Positions 8,069 through 17,468 of a stretch of DNA of 33,423 nucleotides are shown here, piece after piece. The position numbers and the translations under genes are program-made. The stretch is from Candidatus Bathyarchaeia archaeon. Its GTDB lineage: Archaea; Thermoproteota; Bathyarchaeia; Bathyarchaeales; Bathycorpusculaceae. The notes under the pieces are model-generated. The model saw only the letters and a list, made by a program, of their open reading frames with translations, had not been told where the DNA came from and did not search any database. How positions within the stretch are numbered: position 1 is the stretch's first letter; every line of letters begins with the position of its first letter. The stretch spans positions 1 to 33,423 of the forward strand of contig JAVZLK010000016.1 in the NCBI GenBank assembly GCA_038883795.1. The letters are read 5' to 3'.

Positions 8069-9724
8069 ATGGGTGATAAAAGTTTAGTTTGGGATGAAGT
8101 TGAATCGACTGCCAAAGCCGTCCTTGAAGAGAAACCCTTTACGCTTTCACTCGAAGAAAAGAGAAAGATTGTTGCAGAGTTAAAGAAAGTAATTAGCTCT
8201 GAAAGGGTAAGAGATGAATCTCATATATGTGCCTGCTACCGAGGGGGTGGAGGAGGCCCATCCGTTCCTGTTCGCCTAATGTCAATACGATCACCAGATA
8301 TAGTTGTATTTCCTAAATCTACAGAAGATGTTCGAAATGCCCTACTTATAGCGTCGAAATACAAAATTCCAGTTGTGCCGGTATCAGGGCATACCAATCC
8401 TCCCGTGCCACTTTTAGGCGGGATAGTCCTCGACATGACTAGTATGAACAAAATTCACAAAATTGAGCTTGAGCATAATTATGCAGTTATAGAAACTGGT
8501 GTTACAATCGGTCAACTTCAAGAAGCTGTTGGCCCTAACTACTTAATACCTAAGGGGTCCTATCCTCCGAGTTTGCCTGTAATTTCGCCTCTAATTTTCT
8601 GGGGTGCTCAACATAACTTCGTCAACAGGATGTGGGATCAGATAATAGGTTTAGAAGTGGTGATGCCTGACGGTTCAGTGTTGTATACTGGTTCTATGTT
8701 GTATGGAGATGTTGAGCATTGGACAGATGTCCAAACATCATTCATACAACTCAAAAATCTGTTCTGTCCGAATCATGCAAGTATTGGAGTTGTGACTAAA
8801 GCGGCGGTTCGTATATGGCCAGTTCTTGATAAAGCAGCTTTATACGTATTTGGTTTTAATGACTTTGCCTCGGCATACAAATGGTCTCATGCAATAGCCA
8901 AATCACCTATGATTGATCAGGTAATGGTTTGGCCATGGACAACGATAGGCAATTTTAGCGGCGCCATAAACTACTGCGGACTAGACTGGTATGAGGCCCG
9001 GGCTAACTGTGACCAAGATAATCCACCGCAAGACCTGTTCCATTGTCCATATTATGTTTTCATTCAAACACGCGGTTACTTTGAGGAAGTGGATGGTGCT
9101 CTTAAAGCTGCGCAAAGATTGGCTAGACAATTTTATGGAAAATATTTTACAGAGGACGAAATTTTTGATAAGCCGATAGTAGGATCGTGGTACCTTTATT
9201 CTTTGATGCAATATTTAGCAAAGTCTCCTAAAGAAGTTATGGAACTTGCAAGAAATAGATTGCCCCCTTCACTTGCACAATTCTTCATAAAACCGCCAGC
9301 CTCACCAGCAGGTGAGGCACCTGTGCTAACCATCATATTTACGGGCGGTGTTGATGAGATTATCAAGTTCTACGATGGCCTGAAAAATAAATTTAGAGAG
9401 CTTGGAAGGAAGAACTGGGGCTTTTACACCAGAATGTTCCATTCCGGGCAAACACCATGGTTTAGATTTTTCCCGATGATTGATGCTGCAACCCAAGAGG
9501 ACTTAGCAGAATCATTACGTATGTACCAATCTATCGTTAAATGGGCGCTGGAAAATTACAAAGTAAATGTTCTTAGGGAACCTTTCATGATGAATGATCC
9601 AAACAACCCAGAAGAAGTTAAAGATAGAGTTAAGCCTGTTCGTAGATTGTTACGTGCGATTCAAAAGGAATTTGATCCTGAAAACATTCTAAATCCTCTT
9701 GCCAAAAAATACACGCTTGCGTAG
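8069..9724 (+). CDS. FAD-linked oxidoreductase, VAO/PCMH/GlcD family (FAD_binding_4)
   Basis: PDIVVFPKSTEDV, GGIVLDMTSMNKI, AVIETGVT..QL, GLEVVMPDGSVLYTGS, GVVTKA and C-terminal FDPENILNP. Confidence 0.88.
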   Translation: MGDKSLVWDEVESTAKAVLEEKPFTLSLEEKRKIVAELKKVISSERVRDESHICACYRGGGGGPSVPVRLMSIRSPDIVVFPKSTEDVRNALLIASKYKIPVVPVSGHTNPPVPLLGGIVLDMTSMNKIHKIELEHNYAVIETGVTIGQLQEAVGPNYLIPKGSYPPSLPVISPLIFWGAQHNFVNRMWDQIIGLEVVMPDGSVLYTGSMLYGDVEHWTDVQTSFIQLKNLFCPNHASIGVVTKAAVRIWPVLDKAALYVFGFNDFASAYKWSHAIAKSPMIDQVMVWPWTTIGNFSGAINYCGLDWYEARANCDQDNPPQDLFHCPYYVFIQTRGYFEEVDGALKAAQRLARQFYGKYFTEDEIFDKPIVGSWYLYSLMQYLAKSPKEVMELARNRLPPSLAQFFIKPPASPAGEAPVLTIIFTGGVDEIIKFYDGLKNKFRELGRKNWGFYTRMFHSGQTPWFRFFPMIDAATQEDLAESLRMYQSIVKWALENYKVNVLREPFMMNDPNNPEEVKDRVKPVRRLLRAIQKEFDPENILNPLAKKYTLA

Positions 9725-9734
9725 AGGTGGAATT

Positions 9735-10925
9735 ATGGTGGATCTTTTAAAGCTAAAGGCAGCCTTTAAAAATTGTACTAAATGCGGTGCGTGCTTTAGG
9801 CAAACTTTTGATGCATGCCCCATTAACAAAGAGTTTTTAGGAATAACACCTTATTCTTTCATGTCAATCGCCATGATGGCTGACGATATATTAGATGGTC
9901 GTATGGAACTGTCTCGTGAACTCTCCCCTGTTTTCTTTTCGTGCACATTATGTGGCTACTGTGCCATTCAATGCTTGATTCCTCCATTGCATTTCTGCTG
10001 GGATTCCCCAACGGAGTTAATCGAGGGCATAAGGGCACTTTTTGTTGAGGCAGGAGCTATACCTGCAAAAATTTCCGAAATATTAAATAACTTAGCTCTT
10101 ACGGGTAATGCTTGGAAGCTTCCGCCGAGATTTAGAATTGAGTGGGAGAAAGAATGCAAAGTGCCCATACCCGATTATACTGAGAATCATAATGAGTACT
10201 TGTTATTTGTCGGTGACGCCGCCCTTATCGATGAAACGAAATCTATTGTAAAAAGCGTGGCTGAGTTGCTTTACATATCCGGAGTAAACTTTGGAACTTT
10301 AAAGGAGAGAGAGCTTGATAGTGGAGGTGCTGCTAAAGAGCTGGGTGAGTATGGATTATTTGAAGGGTTAGCAAAGAGGAATATAGAGACCTTTAAGGAG
10401 TGTGGGGCTAGAAAAGTAATAACAATTTCACCTCATGATTACCACACGTTCTTAGTTGATTATCCTAAGTTGGGTTTCAAGTTCGAGAAAGTCTATCATC
10501 ATACACAGATAATTGACGAGCTGATACGACAAGGGAAAATAAATCCTGTGAAGGAGGTTTCGAAGAGGATAACATATCATGATTCTTGCTTCCTGGGAAG
10601 GTACCATGAGATATTTATGCCTCCTAGGAACATTATAAGATCTATTCCCGAAGTTATGTTTATAGAGATGAAACAGAACCAAAAGCTCAGCTTCTGCTGT
10701 GGCGGCGGAGGAGGTCGCTTATGGTATGACGTTCCAGAAGAGCCTGTTAGGAAAAGAATTCCTGACATAAGAGTCGCTCATGCACGTGACGTTAGGGCAG
10801 ACATTATTGCCACGGCGTGCCCCTACTGCAAAAGTACATTGTCCGCTGCTGATAACTTAGGTGAAATCGCTGTCAAAGATGTAGCAGAAATCCTTTACGA
10901 GTCTGTAGCTAGTTCTAAAGTTTAA
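9735..10925 (+). CDS. Fe-S oxidoreductase subunit, GlcF/HdrD-like (two 4Fe-4S motifs plus CCG domain)
   Basis: CTKCGAC..CP, CTLCGYCAIQC, YHDSCFLGR, CCGGGGG and TACPYC. ATG 9735 follows GAGGTGG. Confidence 0.88.
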   Translation: MVDLLKLKAAFKNCTKCGACFRQTFDACPINKEFLGITPYSFMSIAMMADDILDGRMELSRELSPVFFSCTLCGYCAIQCLIPPLHFCWDSPTELIEGIRALFVEAGAIPAKISEILNNLALTGNAWKLPPRFRIEWEKECKVPIPDYTENHNEYLLFVGDAALIDETKSIVKSVAELLYISGVNFGTLKERELDSGGAAKELGEYGLFEGLAKRNIETFKECGARKVITISPHDYHTFLVDYPKLGFKFEKVYHHTQIIDELIRQGKINPVKEVSKRITYHDSCFLGRYHEIFMPPRNIIRSIPEVMFIEMKQNQKLSFCCGGGGGRLWYDVPEEPVRKRIPDIRVAHARDVRADIIATACPYCKSTLSAADNLGEIAVKDVAEILYESVASSKV

Positions 10926-11199
10926 TACCACAACATCCTTTCTCATTCTTTATATGAAAACTTTTGATCCATTCGACTTATAAAAGGTCAATGTGGCTTA
11001 AGTTGCTGATTAAGAATTGTAGAAATGACCTAAGGCTACATTGATGGTTAAGAGGCTAGATAGGGCTGCAAAACAAGAAGAGCCAACGCATGAAAGCTTG
11101 CGAGTTATAAGCTGCATTCATACAAAACATTTAGCAGATATCGATTCGCCCCATATAGAATAATTTGAATGTTGGTGGCTTAGTCATCTAAGTTATGTT

Positions 11200-11421
11200 T
11201 TAATACCATGAGGGTGGTGGTTGCTCCAGTTTTTCTGGGGATACATAGATTGCTTCCATTGGGCAGTCTAATTCGCATGCTGCGCAGCACATACAGTCTT
11301 CTGGATACTTTATTATTGCCTTTCCAATCTTCTCGTCTATGCGTATAACATCCATTGGGCAGCTTTTTACACATTCTCCGCATCCGGTGCATTTTTCATG
11401 ATCTATTTTTTCAATAACCAT
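11200..11421 (-). CDS. 2x[4Fe-4S] ferredoxin, AprB-like partner of the upstream flavoprotein
   Basis: CTGCGECVKSCP and CMCCAACELDCP; starts 12 bp after the flavoprotein stop, with an AGGTGG RBS. Confidence 0.9.
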   Translation of the reverse strand: MVIEKIDHEKCTGCGECVKSCPMDVIRIDEKIGKAIIKYPEDCMCCAACELDCPMEAIYVSPEKLEQPPPSWY

Positions 11422-11433
11422 TAAACCCCACCT

Positions 11434-13185
11434 TTAAAATTTTGGGAAAACGAACGTGTATCTTTCCTCCTCTGGTTTAGAGAGGTCTGGCCACCATTCT
11501 TTGGGGATGGGTTCTTTATACACTCTCATTTCGCCTTTCTCTTCTTTGATTTTTGTCCATGCCAGCCATTCCGGATCTCTTCTCTTCGGGTTATCCTCTC
11601 TATAATGCACTCCCCTGCTTTCTGTTCTAAAAAGCGAAGCTCTCAAAATCATCTCAGCATTTAGGGTCATGTTTCTAACTTCGTGCGCTAAACGCAGTTC
11701 ATGTGAATCCCTAGCATATAATCTTGGAATCATATGATCTCTGAGAAACTCTATGAAGGTTAGGGCGGCCTCCAACCGCTTCCCATGCTTAATATACAAG
11801 ACATAGTATGGAGTCATGGTGGATTGAAGGAGCCTGGCAACCCATCTGGGATCAAAACCACACTTACGGTTCAAGGGTGCGTAGACAGCCTCTTTAAGTC
11901 TACCAATCTCTCCACGGTCAGTCCCGTAAAGATCAGAGTTTAAAGCATACTCAGCAGCCGCTAACCCGGCCCTTCTACCAGTAACAGCCGCAGGCGTTAA
12001 ACCTGCAGGTGGTATATATAAGTAGGCTAGAGCACCCCAACAATATGTTGCACAGCAATCTCCAGCAGCATAAAGTCCCTCGATCGTTGAGGAGCAGTTT
12101 GTGTCGGTAAGCCATATGCCAGTTGATTGAGGAAGAGAGCTACCAGCGGCGCATCCACCGAATATTCTATATTTTCCACCTTTAAGTGGATCAAAACCTA
12201 CGCGCTCAAGCTCTATTGGATTCCCTCTTTTCCAAATATACTTCCGTATAGCCTCCTTCTCTTCAGGTGTTATGTCATCAAAATCCCAGTAGATTGGCCC
12301 TTTGCCAGCGTGAAAGGCAAAAACGGTGGAGTTAGGACCGAATTTCATAAAGTTAACTTCCTCCCCTTCCGCGTCGACGAATCGCCAATAAGCTGGATAT
12401 ATTTCAGCGTTACTTTTCCAGGCGTAAGGAAAATCTGCTAGATTAAAGTGAAGGGACTCTTGAAACTCTTTTCCAGTTATTTCTACACCGGCCCTATATG
12501 CCATAGCTTCAGCGTCTCCTGTTAATGACAAATTGTGATATCCAGCAGCTAACTTGAAGGTTGTCCAGCCCGCTGCTAAAACCGTCGCCTTAGCTCTGAA
12601 GATATACATGTCGCCATTATCTAACGAGAAGCCTGCTGCCCCAGCAACCCTTCCGTCTTCACTTTTTATTAAATCGACAACCATAACTCTGTCGATTATC
12701 TTTACACCAGTTTTCTCAGCTTGTCTTCTTAAGGCCGGAGCCACTTTTCTGTGCCTTAAAGGTGCTTGAATAAAATATGGACGACCCGGATCACCCCTTC
12801 TCCCCCTTACCCCCCCAGCTATGTTTTCTTTCCACCATGTTGTTACTTCCTCAAGTTTAACTGGTAACTCGACGCCCCACGAAATAATGTCTTGAAAAGT
12901 CGAATATGATTCCTTCAAAATTATTTTTGTCCATTCACGGTTATTAATATAGTCGCCTCCTTTGCTAACAAGTTCTATGGCTTCATCGATAACATCCTCA
13001 TATGCTGGATCAAGGTAGCCCCACCAACCTGAAGCCATAATGCTTGAACCAGATTTACCCGCATAGGCCTTATCGACAATGATAACATCAGCCTTTCTTC
13101 TTTTAGCTTCGATAGCTGCAAAACAACCAGCAACACCACCGCCGATGACTAAAACGTCAGTTGAAATAAGATGCTCCTTTTGCAA
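11434..13185 (-). CDS. FAD-dependent oxidoreductase, SdhA/FrdA/AprA/NadB flavoprotein family
   Basis: DVLVIGGGVAG, TGDAEAMAYRAG, IEGLYAAGD and C-terminal RTESRGVHYRED. TTG start after AGGTGA. Lacks the SdhA covalent-FAD His motif. Confidence 0.88.
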   Translation of the reverse strand: MQKEHLISTDVLVIGGGVAGCFAAIEAKRRKADVIIVDKAYAGKSGSSIMASGWWGYLDPAYEDVIDEAIELVSKGGDYINNREWTKIILKESYSTFQDIISWGVELPVKLEEVTTWWKENIAGGVRGRRGDPGRPYFIQAPLRHRKVAPALRRQAEKTGVKIIDRVMVVDLIKSEDGRVAGAAGFSLDNGDMYIFRAKATVLAAGWTTFKLAAGYHNLSLTGDAEAMAYRAGVEITGKEFQESLHFNLADFPYAWKSNAEIYPAYWRFVDAEGEEVNFMKFGPNSTVFAFHAGKGPIYWDFDDITPEEKEAIRKYIWKRGNPIELERVGFDPLKGGKYRIFGGCAAGSSLPQSTGIWLTDTNCSSTIEGLYAAGDCCATYCWGALAYLYIPPAGLTPAAVTGRRAGLAAAEYALNSDLYGTDRGEIGRLKEAVYAPLNRKCGFDPRWVARLLQSTMTPYYVLYIKHGKRLEAALTFIEFLRDHMIPRLYARDSHELRLAHEVRNMTLNAEMILRASLFRTESRGVHYREDNPKRRDPEWLAWTKIKEEKGEMRVYKEPIPKEWWPDLSKPEEERYTFVFPKF

Positions 13186-13193
13186 TCAATCAC

Positions 13194-13742
13194 CTACTGG
13201 TTAGGTCTGATTTTAACATTAACTTTTTCGGGCTTTAATTCGCCATACGCGTCTTCCGGTTTCTCTCCACCAATAATTTCAATTGGAATTCCGTCTGGAT
13301 CTAAAATGAATACGCGTGTATGATGTTCTACTTCAAAAGGCTCTTGAACGTGATGTTTGTCGCTACCACCCACTGTAAATTTTACGCCCTTTTCATAAAG
13401 ATAATCTATAAGCTCATTGTATTTTTTTAATGGTGAAACAAAGAAGCTGACATGTTTTGTGCCGCATTCATTTCTGTAATGCTCATAGTTAAATTGACGA
13501 TAATTTGGAGACCGAATTTGGAAAAGTTCAAGAAAATGATTTCCGTGCTGCAAAATTGCTATTGTGCAATCAAAGAACTCGGCGCTACCGTCAACCTCTA
13601 AAAGACGCATACTCTCCCGTTTCATCACCAGCTTAAAACCCAGCATTTCAGAATACCACTTGATACTTCTGTCGATGTCTGATACATAGATGCCCATGTG
13701 ATGATATCCAAGAGTAACTCCCTTCGGGAAGTCTTTACTCAT
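13194..13742 (-). CDS. VOC (glyoxalase/methylmalonyl-CoA epimerase-like) family protein
   Basis: YHHMGIYVSDIDRSIKWYSEMLGF, LELFQ, KHVSF and DPDGIPIEI give the H-E-H-E metal ligands. ATG 13742 follows GAGGTGA (track start GTG 13754). Confidence 0.87.
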   Translation of the reverse strand: MSKDFPKGVTLGYHHMGIYVSDIDRSIKWYSEMLGFKLVMKRESMRLLEVDGSAEFFDCTIAILQHGNHFLELFQIRSPNYRQFNYEHYRNECGTKHVSFFVSPLKKYNELIDYLYEKGVKFTVGGSDKHHVQEPFEVEHHTRVFILDPDGIPIEIIGGEKPEDAYGELKPEKVNVKIRPNQ

Positions 13743-13874
13743 AATCAGTTTCACCTCTTAACCTTACCTTAGTTTTTTATTTTTAATTATACTACTAACG
13801 TCAATCGTATATAAAACTTAAAGGGAACGGAAGCATGCTAACTAATTATTAGAATTACACAGTCCTATTTCCTT

Positions 13875-13887
13875 AAAAATTTATAAA
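13875..13887 (+). promoter_or_regulatory. Putative BRE/TATA element for the nitroreductase/flavoprotein unit
   Basis: AAAAATTTATAAA in the divergent intergenic region. Confidence 0.35.
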
Positions 13888-13952
13888 CATATTCGCTCAT
13901 CTCTGATTAAAATCAACAAATGATTAAATGAGAAGTGCATGAGCGGATCATT

Positions 13953-14510
13953 ATGAATGAAACTATTAGGGTCATAAAAAGCAGAAGAAGTATTAGAAAG
14001 TTTAAACCCACCCCTATACCTGAAGATTTTTTAAAGGAAATCCTAGAGTGCGCTATCCTCGCGCCTAATGCCAGGAATCAACAGAAGTGGCACTTTACGG
14101 TAATTCAGAATAAAGACATTATTGCCAAAATGACTAGTCTGTTGAGAGAAAGTTTGCTGAACTCAGGGATAGACTTTCTTGTGGAAAGGGCAAAAGATCC
14201 AAATTTCGACCCATTTGGTGGTGCACCTACTGTAGTTCTGATAACAGCGGATAAGTCGGCTCGTTTTGTTGAGTTTGATTGCGCTGCTGCTGCCGAAAAT
14301 ATCATGATAGCTGCTGAATCATTAGGTTTGGGTTCACATGTAATGGCAATGACAGAGTTCATATTCATGTCAGAGAAGGGTAGGAACCTTAAAAGAGAAT
14401 TAGGAGTCCCTGAGGGATACGAGCATGTATGCACAATAGCCTTAGGGTATAAAGACGAGATTCCACCACTAAAACCAAGAAGAGAAGATGTAATAAATTT
14501 TGTAAGATAG
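13953..14510 (+). CDS. Nitroreductase-family FMN oxidoreductase
   Basis: IKSRRSIRKF, APNARNQQKWHF, AAENIMIAAESLGLGS and IALGY. ATG 13953 preferred (track start GTG 13935). Confidence 0.92.
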   Translation: MNETIRVIKSRRSIRKFKPTPIPEDFLKEILECAILAPNARNQQKWHFTVIQNKDIIAKMTSLLRESLLNSGIDFLVERAKDPNFDPFGGAPTVVLITADKSARFVEFDCAAAAENIMIAAESLGLGSHVMAMTEFIFMSEKGRNLKRELGVPEGYEHVCTIALGYKDEIPPLKPRREDVINFVR

Positions 14511-14546
14511 TCACTTGTCATTCACAAGAATACGTGGTGATGATAT

Positions 14547-16055
14547 ATGAGCTATCATAGTGTTAGGAGGCAACTGGTTCCGGAGAAATGGAATTATGAG
14601 GCAGATGTTGTTGTGGTTGGTTATGGGGGGGCCGGTGCCGCTGCAGCGCTTACTGCTCAAGAGTTCGGCGCAGATGTGTTGATTTTAGAAAAGTCTCCCA
14701 TATGTGGTGGAAATACCGCCATTTCCATGGGTCAATGTGCTTCCCCTGAGAGTGTAGAGGGCGCCGTTAGGTACTTACATGCAACATGTGGAGGTACAAC
14801 TCCACTTGAAGTTATTCGTGCTTGGGCTGAAGAGTCCTTTAAAAACAGAGATTGGTGGAACAAAATGGGCATTGAATATACGGATATTAAAGTTCACTGC
14901 GAGTTTCCGAATCTTCCCGGTGCTGAATCAATGAGAGTTATTCAAGCCAGAGGATGGGGAAAATCTTTATTCTCAAAGCTTGAAGAGCACAGAAGGAAAA
15001 GGGGAATTAGAGTTATACTTAATGCTCCTGCAAGAGAATTAATCCAGAACTCAGAAACTAGGGAAATAATAGGAGTTATCGCTGAGGTTTCGGGGAAGAA
15101 TGTGTATGTAAAAGCAAGAAAAGCGGTTATCTTGTGTACAGGCGGATTTGAGTTCAATGAGGAGATGAAAAAGCAGTTCTTAAGATGCTATCCGGTTAAA
15201 TTCTTCGGGTGGAAATATAATACTGGTGATGGTATAAAAATGGCTCAAATGGTTGGAGCAGACCTTTGGCACTTGGACAATATTTGCGGCGGATACTGTA
15301 CATGCAATCCCAATGATCCTACAGATGTTCGAGAAGTCGCTCCCAAAGCTAATAGCTATATTTGGGTTGATAGATACGGTAAGCGTTTCACCGCCGAAAG
15401 TAGCGACCCCAGAGTTCTTCATACCGGCTGGGTTCTATTTGCCGAGTTTGATCTAAAAATAGTAGGATACAGCCGTATACCAAGCTATATTATTTTTGAT
15501 GAGAAGGTGAGGCGAGCTGGCCCACTGGGACCAGTTCGTCCGGAAGATGGCGGTAAATTCCCAATGGGAAGACTTATTCTTCCACTAGAATTGGGAGGCA
15601 TCCCCTCATGGAGCGTGGATAACACTAAAGAGATAGAAATGGGGTGGATAAAGTGTGCTGATACTATTGAAGAATTGGCTCTCAAAATTGGAGATCCTTT
15701 AATGAAACCAGAGGCTCTTAAGGCAACTGTTAGAAGGTGGAATCAATTATGCAGGAAAGGCTTAGATCAAGATTTTGAAAGGGATCATGAAAAACTAGCT
15801 CCGATAGATGAGCCACCCTTTTACGCTATCCCGATATATCCCGGCTTAGTCTGCACTCTTGGGGGACCAAGGCGTAACGAAAAGGCCCAGATACTAGATC
15901 CAAAAAGTAAACCCATACCACGACTGTATGCTGCCGGAAATTTAGGGTCAATCTATGGGCGTGTATATAGCGTAAGAGGTGGAAATTTAAGCGAAGCATT
16001 TGCTTTTGGTCGTATTGGAGGCAGAAGTGCAGCGGAAGAAGAACCTTGGGAATAA
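14547..16055 (+). CDS. FAD_binding_2 flavoprotein (flavocytochrome c / 3-ketosteroid dehydrogenase-like reductase), cytoplasmic
   Basis: DVVVVGYGGAG, LEK..GGNT, AVILCTGGF, GDGIKMA, VDRYGKRF, ADTIEELA, PPFYA..TLGG, IPRLYAAGN and FGRIGG; no signal peptide or CxxCH. Confidence 0.88.
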   Translation: MSYHSVRRQLVPEKWNYEADVVVVGYGGAGAAAALTAQEFGADVLILEKSPICGGNTAISMGQCASPESVEGAVRYLHATCGGTTPLEVIRAWAEESFKNRDWWNKMGIEYTDIKVHCEFPNLPGAESMRVIQARGWGKSLFSKLEEHRRKRGIRVILNAPARELIQNSETREIIGVIAEVSGKNVYVKARKAVILCTGGFEFNEEMKKQFLRCYPVKFFGWKYNTGDGIKMAQMVGADLWHLDNICGGYCTCNPNDPTDVREVAPKANSYIWVDRYGKRFTAESSDPRVLHTGWVLFAEFDLKIVGYSRIPSYIIFDEKVRRAGPLGPVRPEDGGKFPMGRLILPLELGGIPSWSVDNTKEIEMGWIKCADTIEELALKIGDPLMKPEALKATVRRWNQLCRKGLDQDFERDHEKLAPIDEPPFYAIPIYPGLVCTLGGPRRNEKAQILDPKSKPIPRLYAAGNLGSIYGRVYSVRGGNLSEAFAFGRIGGRSAAEEEPWE

Positions 16056-16177
16056 GCAAGAAGAGGTAAATGTGCGCCAAGCTGCTGTCTGGTCGTGCCG
16101 TGTGGAGCTAGCTCGGGGATACTCACTATAAAAAACTCTGTCTGTTAGAAAGTAACACAACAATTCTGCATGTTTTT

Positions 16178-17362
16178 CTAAGAAGCCCTAATCTTACTTA
16201 ATAATGGCATAACTATTAGCAGCTCAATCAAGACTGGTATTAATAGGACGATTTCATTGAGTTTGAGGTCCCATAAAATGCCCAAAAATAAGGAAAAAAT
16301 TCTGGCCGTTGAAATAATAACACCATCTAATCCATAGAGTCGAGCTATATCATTTACTGGCACACTTTCCCACCACATGGTAAAAAATGGAACCATGGCA
16401 GCTCCTCCAATACCACCTCCAAAAACTCCCATTCCACAAATAGCAGCTAGAAACAAATACTCGTTAGGAGCAAAAATTGAAAGAAGGACCCCAAAACAAT
16501 AAAAAGCATCCATAACGTAAAAAGTTCTTTTCCTGCCATGGGTATCTGCTAACTTACCTATCGGAATTTGACATGCTAATGAAGCAAATGTGGACGTTAT
16601 TACTAAAAACCCCAGTTGAGAGCCTGTAACTCCCCTAAATCTGACAAGCCAAAGAGGCATAAATGTTATTAATGATTGGAAAGCGCTGTCTCGCATTAAT
16701 CTAATGACCATCATAAAGCGAGTTTCTTTATTTTTAAGAGCGTTTATATAACCCCAAATAAAGCACATTTTTGGTATGTTTTCTTTCTTCCCCTTCCCTT
16801 CGTGTAAAGTTATGTTTTTTAGCCACACCAACACTATGATAAATATTAAAATGAGGGACGGCAGTGATATGCAAAAGAGCATGCGTATAGATTGAACATT
16901 TACTTGATATAGCGAAAGGATCGCTGCTGCTATTATAGACGAGACGAGGAGGCATATGTTATTTAGAAAGCGTGATAAACCAAACATTGTTGCTCTTTCC
17001 TTAAAAGTTGTGGAGACTGTAAGTATTGCGTCGGTAAGTGGTATCGTTTTAATTAATTGTAAGAGAATAAAAGGTATAAAGAGAACATACCATGTTTTTG
17101 CAGAGATAAAAAGGGAAACTGCAGTAACGTCTATAATAATAGCATAAAGTAATACTTTTTTTAATGAACTTTTCATAAGGAACTCACCCATGTATAATGC
17201 TATAGCACCTTGAATGACTGCAGCGGTAGATAATAATAATCCTGTGGCAAAACCACCAGCCCCTAAGAGTTGCGCATAGAGAATATTGTATGAAGTTAAA
17301 AGTGAAAAAGAGAACATAAGAATTGATTGACTGATAAGTGCAACTTTGACATTTCGATCCAT
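16178..17362 (-). CDS. MFS transporter
   Basis: About 12 hydrophobic segments, MFS motif A GKLADTHGRK, and ERATMFG. Confidence 0.85.
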   Translation of the reverse strand: MDRNVKVALISQSILMFSFSLLTSYNILYAQLLGAGGFATGLLLSTAAVIQGAIALYMGEFLMKSSLKKVLLYAIIIDVTAVSLFISAKTWYVLFIPFILLQLIKTIPLTDAILTVSTTFKERATMFGLSRFLNNICLLVSSIIAAAILSLYQVNVQSIRMLFCISLPSLILIFIIVLVWLKNITLHEGKGKKENIPKMCFIWGYINALKNKETRFMMVIRLMRDSAFQSLITFMPLWLVRFRGVTGSQLGFLVITSTFASLACQIPIGKLADTHGRKRTFYVMDAFYCFGVLLSIFAPNEYLFLAAICGMGVFGGGIGGAAMVPFFTMWWESVPVNDIARLYGLDGVIISTARIFSLFLGILWDLKLNEIVLLIPVLIELLIVMPLLSKIRAS

Positions 17363-17468
17363 TATACTGTCAATCCCCTACGCCCGTATCATTATCGCAT
17401 CTATGTTGCTAATTTGGGCTTATGAGTTAAACAAAAAGAATGATTGATTTATGGATTTTTAGGTAATT

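Noticed and set aside
8370-8400. His in PVSGHTN as a covalent FAD attachment site (RSGGH-type)
   Set aside because: By eye it aligns one position before the flavinylated His of berberine-bridge-type enzymes, so it is not supportable.
10926-11199. 274-bp gap between convergent operons as a pseudogene or small RNA
   Set aside because: No recognisable protein remnant, repeat or stable structure in the frames I read.
11200-13185. Calling the flavoprotein/ferredoxin pair aprAB (sulfate reduction) or sdhAB
   Set aside because: The family motifs are shared, but the window has no sat/dsr/qmo genes, membrane anchors or SdhB-type 2Fe-2S subunit, and the SdhA catalytic motifs are missing.
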